This document shows, piece after piece, positions 20,445 to 30,334 of a DNA stretch of 64,000 nucleotides (its first letter is position 1; the number at the start of each line of letters is the position of its first letter). This DNA comes from an uncultured bacterium (GTDB taxonomy: Bacteria; Desulfobacterota_D; UBA1144; Nemesobacterales; UBA2774), in NCBI GenBank assembly GCA_963825135.1, contig CAWGRW010000009.1:2144001-2208000 (forward strand), given 5' to 3'. The notes under the pieces are model-generated. The model was not told the origin of the DNA. It did not search any database and saw only the letters and a list, made by a program, of their open reading frames with translations. A program made the translations under genes and the position numbers.

Positions 20445-21188
20445 ATGAAAGGTTCAGTCTGGAGAATATCGATGTATTCTTGCCTGGCGGCAGCTTTACT
20501 TTTCATCACTTTCGGATCTGCTTCGGCTGACACTCTGCTCGGAAGGGTCACGCTAATAAGAGACGACGGAAAGACGGACGTCTATCCTGTCGTTTCGGGG
20601 AAACGAATATCGTACGCCGAGAAGTCTCTTATAAGATTGTCAGGCGCTACATTCGTGGCCGAAGGCGGCTCCGCACTCGAGGTCCTTGACCGGGGCGAAG
20701 AGTTCGAAATCGGCATTGAAAGGGGAATCGTACACTTTAGAATACAGCCCCAGAGGGCCGTTATATCGTTCGTAACGACGGACGGCAGGTTCGACACCCC
20801 GAAGGTAGTCACGGCGGGAACATCAATGATCGAAGGAACGATCACCGTAGATAAGAACGGGACCGCGGTCGAGCTTGCGGACGGTTCCTTTTCTGTCCTC
20901 ACGCCCGAAGGTCTCAAGACCGTAAATGCGGGGGAAAGAATCGTGATCGCGCAGTCGAACATCGACGGGGAATCGACGGTCGAGACCGAAGACGTGGTCG
21001 CGGACACACCCGCTGAAGACGACACCACCAAACCCGAGGAAACCGGCGCGACCGGAAACAATGGGTCGGGCTACACGGCGGCTGCCGTGATGGGCACGGC
21101 GGTAGCGGGCTCGGTGGCGGGCGTTATTATCGGAGTAACAACCAGCAACGGAGGTGGCGGGGATTCGGTCGCGAGTCCTATAGAATGA
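20445..21188 (+). CDS. secreted FecR-like beta-rich hypothetical protein
   Basis: Signal peptide, IERGIVHF / VELADGS..V FecR-like strands, C-terminal hydrophobic segment; GGAGG RBS. Confidence 0.65.
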   Translation: MKGSVWRISMYSCLAAALLFITFGSASADTLLGRVTLIRDDGKTDVYPVVSGKRISYAEKSLIRLSGATFVAEGGSALEVLDRGEEFEIGIERGIVHFRIQPQRAVISFVTTDGRFDTPKVVTAGTSMIEGTITVDKNGTAVELADGSFSVLTPEGLKTVNAGERIVIAQSNIDGESTVETEDVVADTPAEDDTTKPEETGATGNNGSGYTAAAVMGTAVAGSVAGVIIGVTTSNGGGGDSVASPIE

Positions 21189-21316
21189 AGGAAGAAGGAT
21201 AAAAAAATCCCGGGGTAGCAACATAGCCCCTGGCAATTAAGAGCTTCAAGCAGCATCGAGTATGGGGAATAGTTTGGGAATAGTTCTGGCGCTATTTCAA
21301 TTGGGAGGAGACTGCT

Positions 21317-22349
21317 GTGAAGATATATGCTGCATTAGTTGTGTTGGCGCTCCTTATGGCCTCATGCGTAGGGAGAAGCGCACCGAACCCCGCGTCGTAT
21401 GATGGGGGGGGGCAGGGTAATTCAAACGGCAGGAACAGCGGCGCCGTTGAAAAGCAAGAGGTGGATAACCTCAATACAAAACTGTTCAGCGAGACGTCCG
21501 AATCAGGCTTAAATCCGGACACGTATACGATAGGTCCTAACGACCTCCTCAAAGTAAAAGCAATAGAGTCCGACAAATTTACAACCACCGAACGCGTCGA
21601 CATGAACGGGGACATCAACCTCCCATTCCTCGATGACGTGAACGTCACGAACCTCACGCCTGTCCAGGCGGAGCAGAAAATAGAAGACCTACTTCAGGAA
21701 CAAGGGTTCATCAAGAACCCCCATGTCAATGTTTTCGTAGCCGAGCACAAGAGCAAAACCGTTTCCGTCCTCGGATATGTCAATGAACCGGGCAACTTCG
21801 AAATGTTCGGCGAAATGACCCTCCTCGACGCGCTGGCCATGGCGAAGGGGCTTGAAGACGGCGCGGGGACGCTGGCATACATAACGAGGACCCACAACGG
21901 CAGACAGGACAAAATAATGGTCGACCTGGACGATCTGCTGAAAATTGAGGATACGCGCCGGTCAGGGGAACATCCAGCTTCAGCCGGGCGACAAGGTATA
22001 CGTTCCTAAGGCCTCGAACGTTTTTGTGGACGGCGCGGTCAGGTCCCCCGGAAGTTACCCGATTAACGAGGGAGAGACGACTCTCAGCCAGGCGATAGTC
22101 ATGGCGGGCGGGGTCGCCAGTGTAGCCGATGAAGGCGACGTGAGCCTCGTACGATATAAGGGCACGGGGAAGAGGGAAGTCGTTAACGTGGACCTCGAGA
22201 GCATCCAGAAAGGAGCGGCCGAAGACCCGCTGCTCAATGAAAAGGACGCTATTGTCGTCGGTACGAACGGGTTCAAGAGCTTCTTCTACGGATTGAATTT
22301 CAACGTTTTCGGATTGGGCGGAGTGGGCTACAACCCCCCCGCCAGATGA
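21317..22349 (+). CDS. wza: polysaccharide export lipoprotein (Wza-like), frameshifted near 21950
   Basis: Lipobox MASC; YTIGPNDLL, G.INLPFL, SLBB repeats continue in the second frame (NIQLQPGDKVYVP, GAVRSPGSY). Confidence 0.85.
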
Positions 22350-22373
22350 CGGAAAGGGAGCGAGAGGTGCAGT

Positions 22374-24672
22374 TTGAATAACGAGAACGGCAGGGAAATA
22401 ACGGAATATCAAGGCAGAAGCCTCAAGGAAAGGCACGACGGACTCCCGGCGGCCGAGTTCAGGAGGGAGACGGAAATCCGTTCTTTCGAAGAAGAGTTCA
22501 GCCTGAGCGATTTCCTGGATATCCTCCGGAAGAGGAAATGGATAATAATCCTTGTGCTCACCCTTTCTGTAGTTACGGTGCTCATCGTGTCTCTCCTCAT
22601 GACGCCTGAGTACAAGGCCGAGATAACGCTCGAAATATCACCCGACAACCCGAAGATAACGACGTTCGAAGAAGTAGTCGAGCTCGACGCGCCGCAGGCG
22701 GAATTCTACGAAACCCAGTACAAGCTCATCAAGAGCAGGTCACTCGCGGAGGAGGTCTCGAAGGCCCTCGATCTATCGAAGAACCCGGAGTTCGAGCCCG
22801 GGAGGAAAGGGCTGTTATACTCGCTCACAGGCTCGTTAAAGACGTTCTTTTCGCCGGCCAAGCCGGTAAATCCGAAAGGCGCGGCATCGGAAAACCGTAT
22901 ACGCGGGCAGAAAATAACGGACGAATTCATGAAAAGGATCAACATCGAGCCCGACAGGAAGTCGAGGCTCGTGAAGGTGAGCTTCCTCAGCAGAGACCCC
23001 GAGTTCTCGGCCACGGCCGTAAACACGCTCGGGGACAAATACATCGAGTGGCTCCTCGAAAGGAGGCTCGACGCGACCAGGGCCGCGAGGAAATTCCTCG
23101 AAAAGCAGCTCGCCCAGGTAAAAGCGAATCTGGAGAGGGCCGAAGAAGATCTCAATCAATTTTCGAAGGCCGCCGACATAATATCCCTCGATACAAACCT
23201 GAACCTAACCTATAAGCAGCTTGCGGAGCTTAACGATGCCCTGGCGAAGTCGGAGAACGAGAGGCTGGCGAAAGAGGCTTATTACGAGGAAATAAAGAAA
23301 GGGAACTACGACTACCTCCCTCAGGTTGTGAGCGACGAGTCCCTGCAGGACCTGAACGAGGAGTACGTGAAGGTCAAAGCGGAATACGACAACCTGAACG
23401 TCATTTACGGGCCCAACTACCCGGACATCAAGCAGCTCGGAGCTAAACTCGCGAGTATGAAAACCGACATAGAGAAGCGCACCAACGGCATTGCCGAGAG
23501 CATTAACAAAGAGTACGAGACTGCCTTGAGAACTGAAAATATTATGAAAAAAAGAACAGAGGAGCAGAGACAGAGGGCGTCCGTGCTCAACGACAAAGCC
23601 ATACAGTACAAGATACTGGATAGGGAAGTCGAAACGAACAAGTCTGTATACCAGAGTCTCCTTCAGAGGCTGAAGGAGGCGGAGGTAACCTCGGGCAGCA
23701 AGGCGACTAATATCCAGATCGTCGACTACGCCACCGTCCCGCTCCTGCCCTACAGTCCGAACATCCTTCTCAACCTCCTTATAGCCGTCTTCGCAGGACT
23801 GTCGGGCGGGGTTTTCCTCGCATTCGTGATGAACCATTTCGACAAGACCATAAAGGACGAAGAGGAGCTCAAGAAAAGTTTCTCGATACCGTTCCTGGGC
23901 GGGGTACCGCTCGTTTCGAGCCACGAGCTCGGCAACGTCAATATAGAGCAAATTTCCCATACGAACCCCATGTCGATAGTGTCGGAATCTTTCCTGTGTC
24001 ATAAGGACGTCGGTCCTTTTCGCGTCTCCGGACAGCCGGGCGAAGTCGCTTCTCGTTACGAGCAGCCAGCCGCTCGAGGGCAAGACGACCTGCACGTCGA
24101 ATCTCGCCATCTCGCTTACGCAGTCGGGGTACAGAGTCATACTCGTAGACGCCGACATGAGGCGCCCGCGCCTGAGCAAGGTTTACAGGAACGGAGCCGG
24201 AGGCAACGGTGCGGGGCTTAGCACATACCTTATAGGCAAATACACTCTGGAAGAAGCGATCAGGCAGACGGAGATAAACGGCCTCAGCATCATTATGTCC
24301 GGGGCGATACCGCCCAATCCCGCGGAGCTGCTGGGCTCGGAAAGGATGAAGGAACTCGTCCGCACGCTCCAGAGCGAGTACGACATCGTACTCATCGACG
24401 GCCCTCCGGTGGTGGGCTTCGCCGACTCCCAGCTCCTGGCCAGAGCAGTCGACGGAGTGCTGATAGTAACCAGTACGGGCATCACTCAGAGAAAGGCGCT
24501 CCAGCTGACCTTGGAGGAGATCCGCAAGGTTCAGGGACGGATAATCGGAGCAATCGTGAACAGGCTCGACTCGGGGTCGGGCAGGTATAAATACAGCAAT
24601 TATTATTACGGTGACAGGGATGCAAAAACACTCAAGATACAAAAGCCAGCCGCTGGCGCTGATAACGCTTAG
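22374..24672 (+). CDS. wzc: polysaccharide co-polymerase / tyrosine autokinase (Wzc/GumC), frameshifted near 23995
   Basis: Removing one base restores ESFRVIRTS..TSSQPLEGKTT (Walker A), DADMRRP, PPNPAELL and the Tyr cluster YKYSNYYY. Confidence 0.88.
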
Positions 24673-25852
24673 TGCTCTCGCGATCGCCCTCGCGGTAAGG
24701 CTCGGGTATTCCTCCGAGCTTTCCTTAGCCGGGGACGCCCGGTCGCTCGAGCGGAGCGTATCGCTCGACGGGTGGAACGCCGAGGCGAAATATAGGCTCG
24801 CGAGGCTTTACCATCTGAACATGAGCGGTGAGGATAACACCGTAAGGGCGCTTTATACGCAGTCCCTCCTCGGTAGCCCGCTCCTCGCCCTTTCCTGGCT
24901 CGGGCTCGCGGAGCTCTACGCGGACGCGGGCGAAAACGCGAAGGCGAGGGCTGTACTCGAGAGGGCCGATGAAATAATCCCGTCCTCGATCGGGCTCCTC
25001 TGGGAATCCTCCATGCTGTCCCTCTCCCTGGGCGATGTGCGGCAGGCGCTGGGGAAGCTGAGAAAGGTTGCGAAGGCGGACCCGGCGAGAAGGCGGATGG
25101 TATTCGAAATATGCCGGGATATCGGCGCAGACCCGCGCGTGGTACTCGATACGGTCGTATCGGTCGAAGCTCTCCCGGACTATCTCCAGTACCTGATAGG
25201 AATGGACATGAAGGCCGAGACTTATCCGGTCTGGGAACGTGCGGTGCGGGAAGGAGCGGTCCCCGTCGGGCTCGTTCTCAACTACGTGGATTACCTGATA
25301 AGCAGGGACGACGTCGTTAAGGCGAAGTCCATATGGGACGGTATCTATCCCGGAGCGGACACGGGCTCCGCGGTATGGAACGGCGGGTTCGAGAAGGATA
25401 CGGAAAGCAGGGGATTTGACTGGAGAATAATAAAGACGGACGGGGTAGAGGCGGATTACGATTACAGAAACAAAACCGAAGGCGAAAGGTCGCTCAGGCT
25501 TAAGTTCTCGGGCGACAAGAATGTCGATTTTTATCATGTATACCAAGTAGTCCCTGTCGAGCCCGGATCTCACTACATGCTGATGTCCGACATCGCGACA
25601 GACGGCATAACCACTCGAAACGGCATAGTGTGGGAAGTTTATTGTCACAGCATGGACGCGCTGTCGGAAGTTTATACGGGCACGGTCGGTTGGACTCGGG
25701 CTAGCGTCGCATTCGATACCCCGGCAGGGTGCAATTACGTCGGTATAAGGCTGAGGAGGTTCAAGAGCGGCAAGCTCGACAGCCTGATCTCCGGCGAGGC
25801 GTGGATAGACAACGTTAATCTGGTCAATTTAGGGCCCGCGACGGACGCATGA
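24620..25852 (+). CDS. membrane-anchored TPR protein with C-terminal carbohydrate-binding-like domain
   Basis: N-terminal TM, TPR-like helices, WNGGFE..FDW..AWIDNV domain. Confidence 0.75.
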   Translation: MQKHSRYKSQPLALITLSALAIALAVRLGYSSELSLAGDARSLERSVSLDGWNAEAKYRLARLYHLNMSGEDNTVRALYTQSLLGSPLLALSWLGLAELYADAGENAKARAVLERADEIIPSSIGLLWESSMLSLSLGDVRQALGKLRKVAKADPARRRMVFEICRDIGADPRVVLDTVVSVEALPDYLQYLIGMDMKAETYPVWERAVREGAVPVGLVLNYVDYLISRDDVVKAKSIWDGIYPGADTGSAVWNGGFEKDTESRGFDWRIIKTDGVEADYDYRNKTEGERSLRLKFSGDKNVDFYHVYQVVPVEPGSHYMLMSDIATDGITTRNGIVWEVYCHSMDALSEVYTGTVGWTRASVAFDTPAGCNYVGIRLRRFKSGKLDSLISGEAWIDNVNLVNLGPATDA

Positions 25853-26433
25853 AAATGAAAACCGATGAAGTTAGAACCGGCGTATTCAGGAACGATTTAA
25901 TGCTCAAAGGCAGAGACATAGAAGAAGCTGTCGCGGGTGAGGACACAAGGAGCTGGTTCGCGGTCTATACGAAGTCCAGGCACGAGAAGAAGGTGACCTG
26001 GTATCTCCAGGACAAGGATGTGGAAACTTTTCTTCCGCTCAGGGAGGTGCTCGTGCGCTGGAAGGACCGGAACAAGCAGGTGTTCGTCCCGTTATACCCC
26101 GGTTACCTCTTCGTCAGGATCGACCCGCAAATGAGGCTGAACGTGCTCAACACGAAAGGTGTCGTATGCATATTGGGAAATAACGGCTCTCCGGTGCCGG
26201 TCCCCGAGCCGGAGATCGAGTCGACAAGAAGACTCATCAAATCGGGGCTCGGATTCCTTCCCTTCCCTTACGAGATTGAGGGGAAGGAAGTGCTTATTCT
26301 GAGGGGCCCCCTCGAGGGGGTGAGGGGGAAGGTTCTCTTCACAAGAGGCGGCTGCAATTTGATTTTGTCCGTAAATCTGATCCGGCGTTCGGTATCCGTC
26401 GAAGTAGACGCTAACGACGTGGAATTTGTCTGA
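25849..26433 (+). CDS. UpxY/NusG-family transcription antiterminator
   Basis: WFAVYTKSRHEKKV, PLYPGYLFV, KOW motif GPLEGVRG. Confidence 0.9.
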   Translation: MKMKTDEVRTGVFRNDLMLKGRDIEEAVAGEDTRSWFAVYTKSRHEKKVTWYLQDKDVETFLPLREVLVRWKDRNKQVFVPLYPGYLFVRIDPQMRLNVLNTKGVVCILGNNGSPVPVPEPEIESTRRLIKSGLGFLPFPYEIEGKEVLILRGPLEGVRGKVLFTRGGCNLILSVNLIRRSVSVEVDANDVEFV

Positions 26434-26709
26434 CACCTGGCGAGTCTGACAAAGAACGGGTCTGCAGAGTTTTTTTTGACTTGAATGTGACTGAGGAAGC
26501 GAAGCTTTATTGCATATACAACCGGGCGGGCTCACCCGGACCCGCAGCATCCATTCCGGTTCGGTAAACCGATCGTATCGAGAATCGTACCACGAAGAGT
26601 AACGAAATCTCTTAAATCGGGCAGTTGACGCCGCGGGCTTCTTGCGTCCGCCGCTCGATCAATCACTTAGAAATCCGCAGGGCAAACAATAAAAAAGGAG
26701 GCGGCAAAT

Positions 26710-27927
26710 ATGCGCGTACTCATAGCAGGAGTGGACGGTTATCTGGGATGGCCGCTCGCGATGTATCTCACTAAAAGAGGACACACGGTCGCGGGCGCCG
26801 ATAATTACTACAGGAGGGACTGGGTGCAGGAGATGGGTTCACAGTCCGCGACGCCGATACGGAGGATGACGGAGAGGCTCGAGGCGTTCCGGGAGAACTT
26901 CGACAGGAACCTCAGGTTCTTCAAGGGAGACCTGACGAACTACAATTTCGTAGAGAACATATTCAGGGGTTTCAAACCGGAGGCGATAGTCCACCTGGGA
27001 GAGATGCCCTCCGCGCCTTACAGCATGATAGACGTCGAGCACACCACGTGGACGCAGGTGAACAATATCGTGGGCACGCTCAACATCCTCTACGCGATGA
27101 GGGACGTATGCCCCGAAGCTCATCTCGTGAAGCTCGGCACAATGGGTGAGTACGGTACACCTAATATGGATATCCCCGAGGGCTTCTTCGAGATCGAGTT
27201 CAGGGGAAAAAAAGACAGGCTCCCCTTCCCGAGACAGGCCGGCAGCTGGTACCACCAGACCAAGGTGCATGATTCCAACAACGTCATGTTCGCCTGCAGG
27301 GTTTGGGGCATCCGATCCACCGACATAATGCAGGGTGTGGTATACGGGACCCGTATCGACGAGATGGGAGACGACGAGCGCCTGCTCACGCGCTTCGATT
27401 TCAACCAGAGCTTCGGGACCGCAATAAATAGATTCTGCTGTCAGGCGGTCGTCGGCGAACCGATATCTCCTTTCGGCAGGGGCCACCAGAAAAGGGGGTT
27501 CCTCGCGCTTCGGGACTCGATGCAGTGTCTGACCATAGCGCTCGAAAACCCGCCCCGGGCGGGCGAATACAGGGTATTCAACCAGTTCCAGGAGGTCTGC
27601 GACATAACGGAGCTGGCGGAGATAGTCGCCGGGGTCGCGGAATCCCGCGGGATTAGAACCGAGATACGCAACATCGAGAACCCCCGGAAGGAGATGGAAG
27701 ACCATTACTACAACCCCGACCACCGGCACCTGCTCGACCTCGGTTATAAACCGGTGTCGGACATGGACGGGGAGATATCGGTCATGCTCGGGGACTTGAT
27801 GAAATACCGGGACAGGATCGAGGCTCGCCGCGAGGTGCTCATCCCGGACGTAAGGTGGGACGGGAGGAGGGAAAAATGCTCCTACATAGAACCAGTAGCG
27901 AGAATAAAAAAAATACGCGCAGTATGA
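26710..27927 (+). CDS. sqdB: UDP-sulfoquinovose synthase (SqdB/Agl3-like)
   Basis: GVDGYLGWP, PSAPYSMID, HLVKLGTMGEYGTPN, SWYHQTKVHDS, NPRKEMEDHYY. Confidence 0.88.
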   Translation: MRVLIAGVDGYLGWPLAMYLTKRGHTVAGADNYYRRDWVQEMGSQSATPIRRMTERLEAFRENFDRNLRFFKGDLTNYNFVENIFRGFKPEAIVHLGEMPSAPYSMIDVEHTTWTQVNNIVGTLNILYAMRDVCPEAHLVKLGTMGEYGTPNMDIPEGFFEIEFRGKKDRLPFPRQAGSWYHQTKVHDSNNVMFACRVWGIRSTDIMQGVVYGTRIDEMGDDERLLTRFDFNQSFGTAINRFCCQAVVGEPISPFGRGHQKRGFLALRDSMQCLTIALENPPRAGEYRVFNQFQEVCDITELAEIVAGVAESRGIRTEIRNIENPRKEMEDHYYNPDHRHLLDLGYKPVSDMDGEISVMLGDLMKYRDRIEARREVLIPDVRWDGRREKCSYIEPVARIKKIRAV

Positions 27928-27937
27928 GGTAAAACGG

Positions 27938-28930
27938 ATGAAAATACTGATCACGGGCGGCTGCGGATTCATCGGATCAAACCTAATCGACCTGCTCCTC
28001 AGCTCGGGCAGACACGAAATCTCGATACTCGACAACCTTTCCGCAGGCAATATCAGGTACTTAAAAGAGATACTCGACTCTCGTAAATTAGGCTTATCGT
28101 ACGTCGATTTCACGAAGGGCGATATAAGAAGCATGTCGACGGTAAAACAGGCGTGCAAAGGGGTTCATGCAGTGGTACATCTGGCGGCCCACGCGGGCGT
28201 CGTGGCATCGGTCGAAAACCCCTACTACGACGCAGAGGTGAACGTCTCCGGCACGCTCAATCTTCTCGGGGCAGCCCGTAATGCGGGAGTCGGGAAGTTC
28301 GTATTCGCATCATCAAACGCCGTTCTCGGAGTCCAGTCGCCCCCCATGGACGAGGAGAAGGCGCCGCGCCCGCTCGCGCCTTACGGCGCGGGCAAGCTCG
28401 CGGGAGAGGCCTACTGCTCGGCCTACTGGGGCTCTTACGGTCTCCCGACCGTTACGCTCCGCTTCTCGAACGTTTACGGACCCTGGAGTCTCCACAAAAC
28501 GAGCGTCGTCTCGAGGTTTATTAAAGAGGGGATGTCGAACGGCGTCTTCACGATATACGGCGACGGCTCGCAGACGAGGGACTTCATACACTCGGAAGAT
28601 GTCTGCAGGGTGATTGCGAGGGTGATCGAATCCGATTCGGAGGATATCCGAGGGGAAACCTTCCAGCTGGGGACCGGGACGGAGACTAAAATAATCGAGC
28701 TTGCGGAAATCATAAAGGGGTTCTTCCGCGGCGGTGTCAGGATCGCGCATGAGCCCGGCAGGGCCGGAGAAATCAGCAGGAATTATTCAAACATAGGGAA
28801 GGCCGTCAAAAGGCTTGGCTTCAGGCCTTCCGTCACACTCGAAGAAGGGGTAAAAAGGGTGTTCGAGTGGTTTGTGTACCAGGGCACTGAGACGGTAAAG
28901 AAAGCGGTCGCGGTATCGGGGAGCGACTGA
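27938..28930 (+). CDS. NAD-dependent epimerase/dehydratase
   Basis: TGGCGFIGS, HLAA, YGAGK (YxxxK), GDGSQTRDF. Confidence 0.92.
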   Translation: MKILITGGCGFIGSNLIDLLLSSGRHEISILDNLSAGNIRYLKEILDSRKLGLSYVDFTKGDIRSMSTVKQACKGVHAVVHLAAHAGVVASVENPYYDAEVNVSGTLNLLGAARNAGVGKFVFASSNAVLGVQSPPMDEEKAPRPLAPYGAGKLAGEAYCSAYWGSYGLPTVTLRFSNVYGPWSLHKTSVVSRFIKEGMSNGVFTIYGDGSQTRDFIHSEDVCRVIARVIESDSEDIRGETFQLGTGTETKIIELAEIIKGFFRGGVRIAHEPGRAGEISRNYSNIGKAVKRLGFRPSVTLEEGVKRVFEWFVYQGTETVKKAVAVSGSD

Positions 28931-28993
28931 GGAATATCAACCACTGAGGAATATCAACCACTGAGGCATATCAACCACTGAGGTATATCAACC
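28926..28993 (+). repeat. 17-bp tandem repeat, 4 copies
   Basis: ACTGAGG(A/A/C/T)ATATCAACC repeated four times head to tail. Confidence 0.95.
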
Positions 28994-29018
28994 AAGGAAA
29001 GACTGACATCAGGGGCTA

Positions 29019-30299
29019 ATGAAGATGCAGAGCATAAACGGCGTAATCGCTTCAGAGAAGATTAAAGTAAAAAGCGTGGCCGAACGGGTCATTTCGAACT
29101 TCGCGTGGTCTATGCTGAGCGAGTCGACGGGCAAAGGTCTTTTCTTTATCACCACGCTCTACCTGGCGAGGACACTGGGGGTAGAGAATTTCGGTATCTT
29201 CACTCTCGCCCAGACCTTCACATTCTACTTCTGGGGGGCGGTCGATCTCGGCACGAACATGTACGGCATCAGGGAGATAGCGAAGAACAAAGTCGGTGTA
29301 GAGGCTATAATCAATCCGCTCCTCACGTTAAGGATAACCGTCGGGTTCGCGGTTTTCCTCCTCTACGCGCTGTCGCTCAGTCTTATCGATATGCCGGAGG
29401 TTAAGAGACTCGTCTTCACCGGCTGCGGACTTTATCTCCTCACTTATGCCTTCTACCCGGATTGGATATTCAAGGGGCTCGAGAATTTCAGGTACATATC
29501 CCTGGGGAGTCTGGCGTCTTCTTTATTCTTCCTGGCGGCGACCCTCTCTTTCGTCAGGGGAGGCCAGAACCTCATAACCGCCTCGTTCGTCTGGTCCGTC
29601 TCTTACCTCCTCGGGAGCTCAGTCCTCTTCTACTGCCTTCTCAGGAAATTAGGCATCAGGTTCAGGCCGGACTTCAATTTCAAGTCCTGGCGTATGCACC
29701 TGAGGGAATCGGTATTTTTCCAGCTTTCCGGCACGCTGATAATGCTCACCCAATACGTGCCCGTCCTGCTCCTCGGTTTATTCTTCAACGATTATACCGT
29801 CGGGCTCTTTTCAGCCCCCTACAGGATAGTGGTTTTCGTATGTCATTCCGGTTTCTTAATAATGATGTCCGTCTACCCTGTCCTGTCCGATCTACACGAC
29901 AGAGACAACGGCCGCTTCATTAAAACGCAACTGAGCTTCCTCAAGCTTATGCTGCCTGCCGGCCTCAGTCTTGCGATCATAGGGACCGTCTTCGGAGACT
30001 TCATCGTCAAGACGGCGCTTGGAGAGCAGTATCTTCAGGCATCCGGCGTGTTCAAGCTGATAGTGTGGCTGATACCGATCTATTTCATAAGGTATGTGTA
30101 CGGCACCTCGCTCCAGATAACCGGAAAGCAAAGACTCCATACGGCGTCTTCATTCGCCGGACTCTTAATAATGGTCACGGTGGGAGTTTTATTGACATTT
30201 AATCTCGGTCTCAAGGGAGCGGCCGCCACTATCCTCCTCTCCGAATCGACGTGCCTGGCCATGATTTTATATTTTTCTAGATCGGAACTGATGGGATAG
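29019..30299 (+). CDS. wzx: Wzx flippase
   Basis: YLARTLGVENFG, DLG, multiple TM helices, VGLFSAPYRI. Confidence 0.88.
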   Translation: MKMQSINGVIASEKIKVKSVAERVISNFAWSMLSESTGKGLFFITTLYLARTLGVENFGIFTLAQTFTFYFWGAVDLGTNMYGIREIAKNKVGVEAIINPLLTLRITVGFAVFLLYALSLSLIDMPEVKRLVFTGCGLYLLTYAFYPDWIFKGLENFRYISLGSLASSLFFLAATLSFVRGGQNLITASFVWSVSYLLGSSVLFYCLLRKLGIRFRPDFNFKSWRMHLRESVFFQLSGTLIMLTQYVPVLLLGLFFNDYTVGLFSAPYRIVVFVCHSGFLIMMSVYPVLSDLHDRDNGRFIKTQLSFLKLMLPAGLSLAIIGTVFGDFIVKTALGEQYLQASGVFKLIVWLIPIYFIRYVYGTSLQITGKQRLHTASSFAGLLIMVTVGVLLTFNLGLKGAAATILLSESTCLAMILYFSRSELMG

Positions 30300-30334
30300 T
30301 TTTTAAAAACGTAAATAAGGATTCCGTACCCGAC

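Noticed and set aside
26839..28158. Long antisense ORFs (439 aa here; similar ones opposite phaC, rtcB, the TonB receptor and wzc)
   Set aside because: Shadow ORFs of GC-rich genes with clear family motifs on the other strand.
28926..28993. Possible CRISPR array
   Set aside because: Repeats are contiguous 17-mers without spacers, and there are no cas genes in the window.
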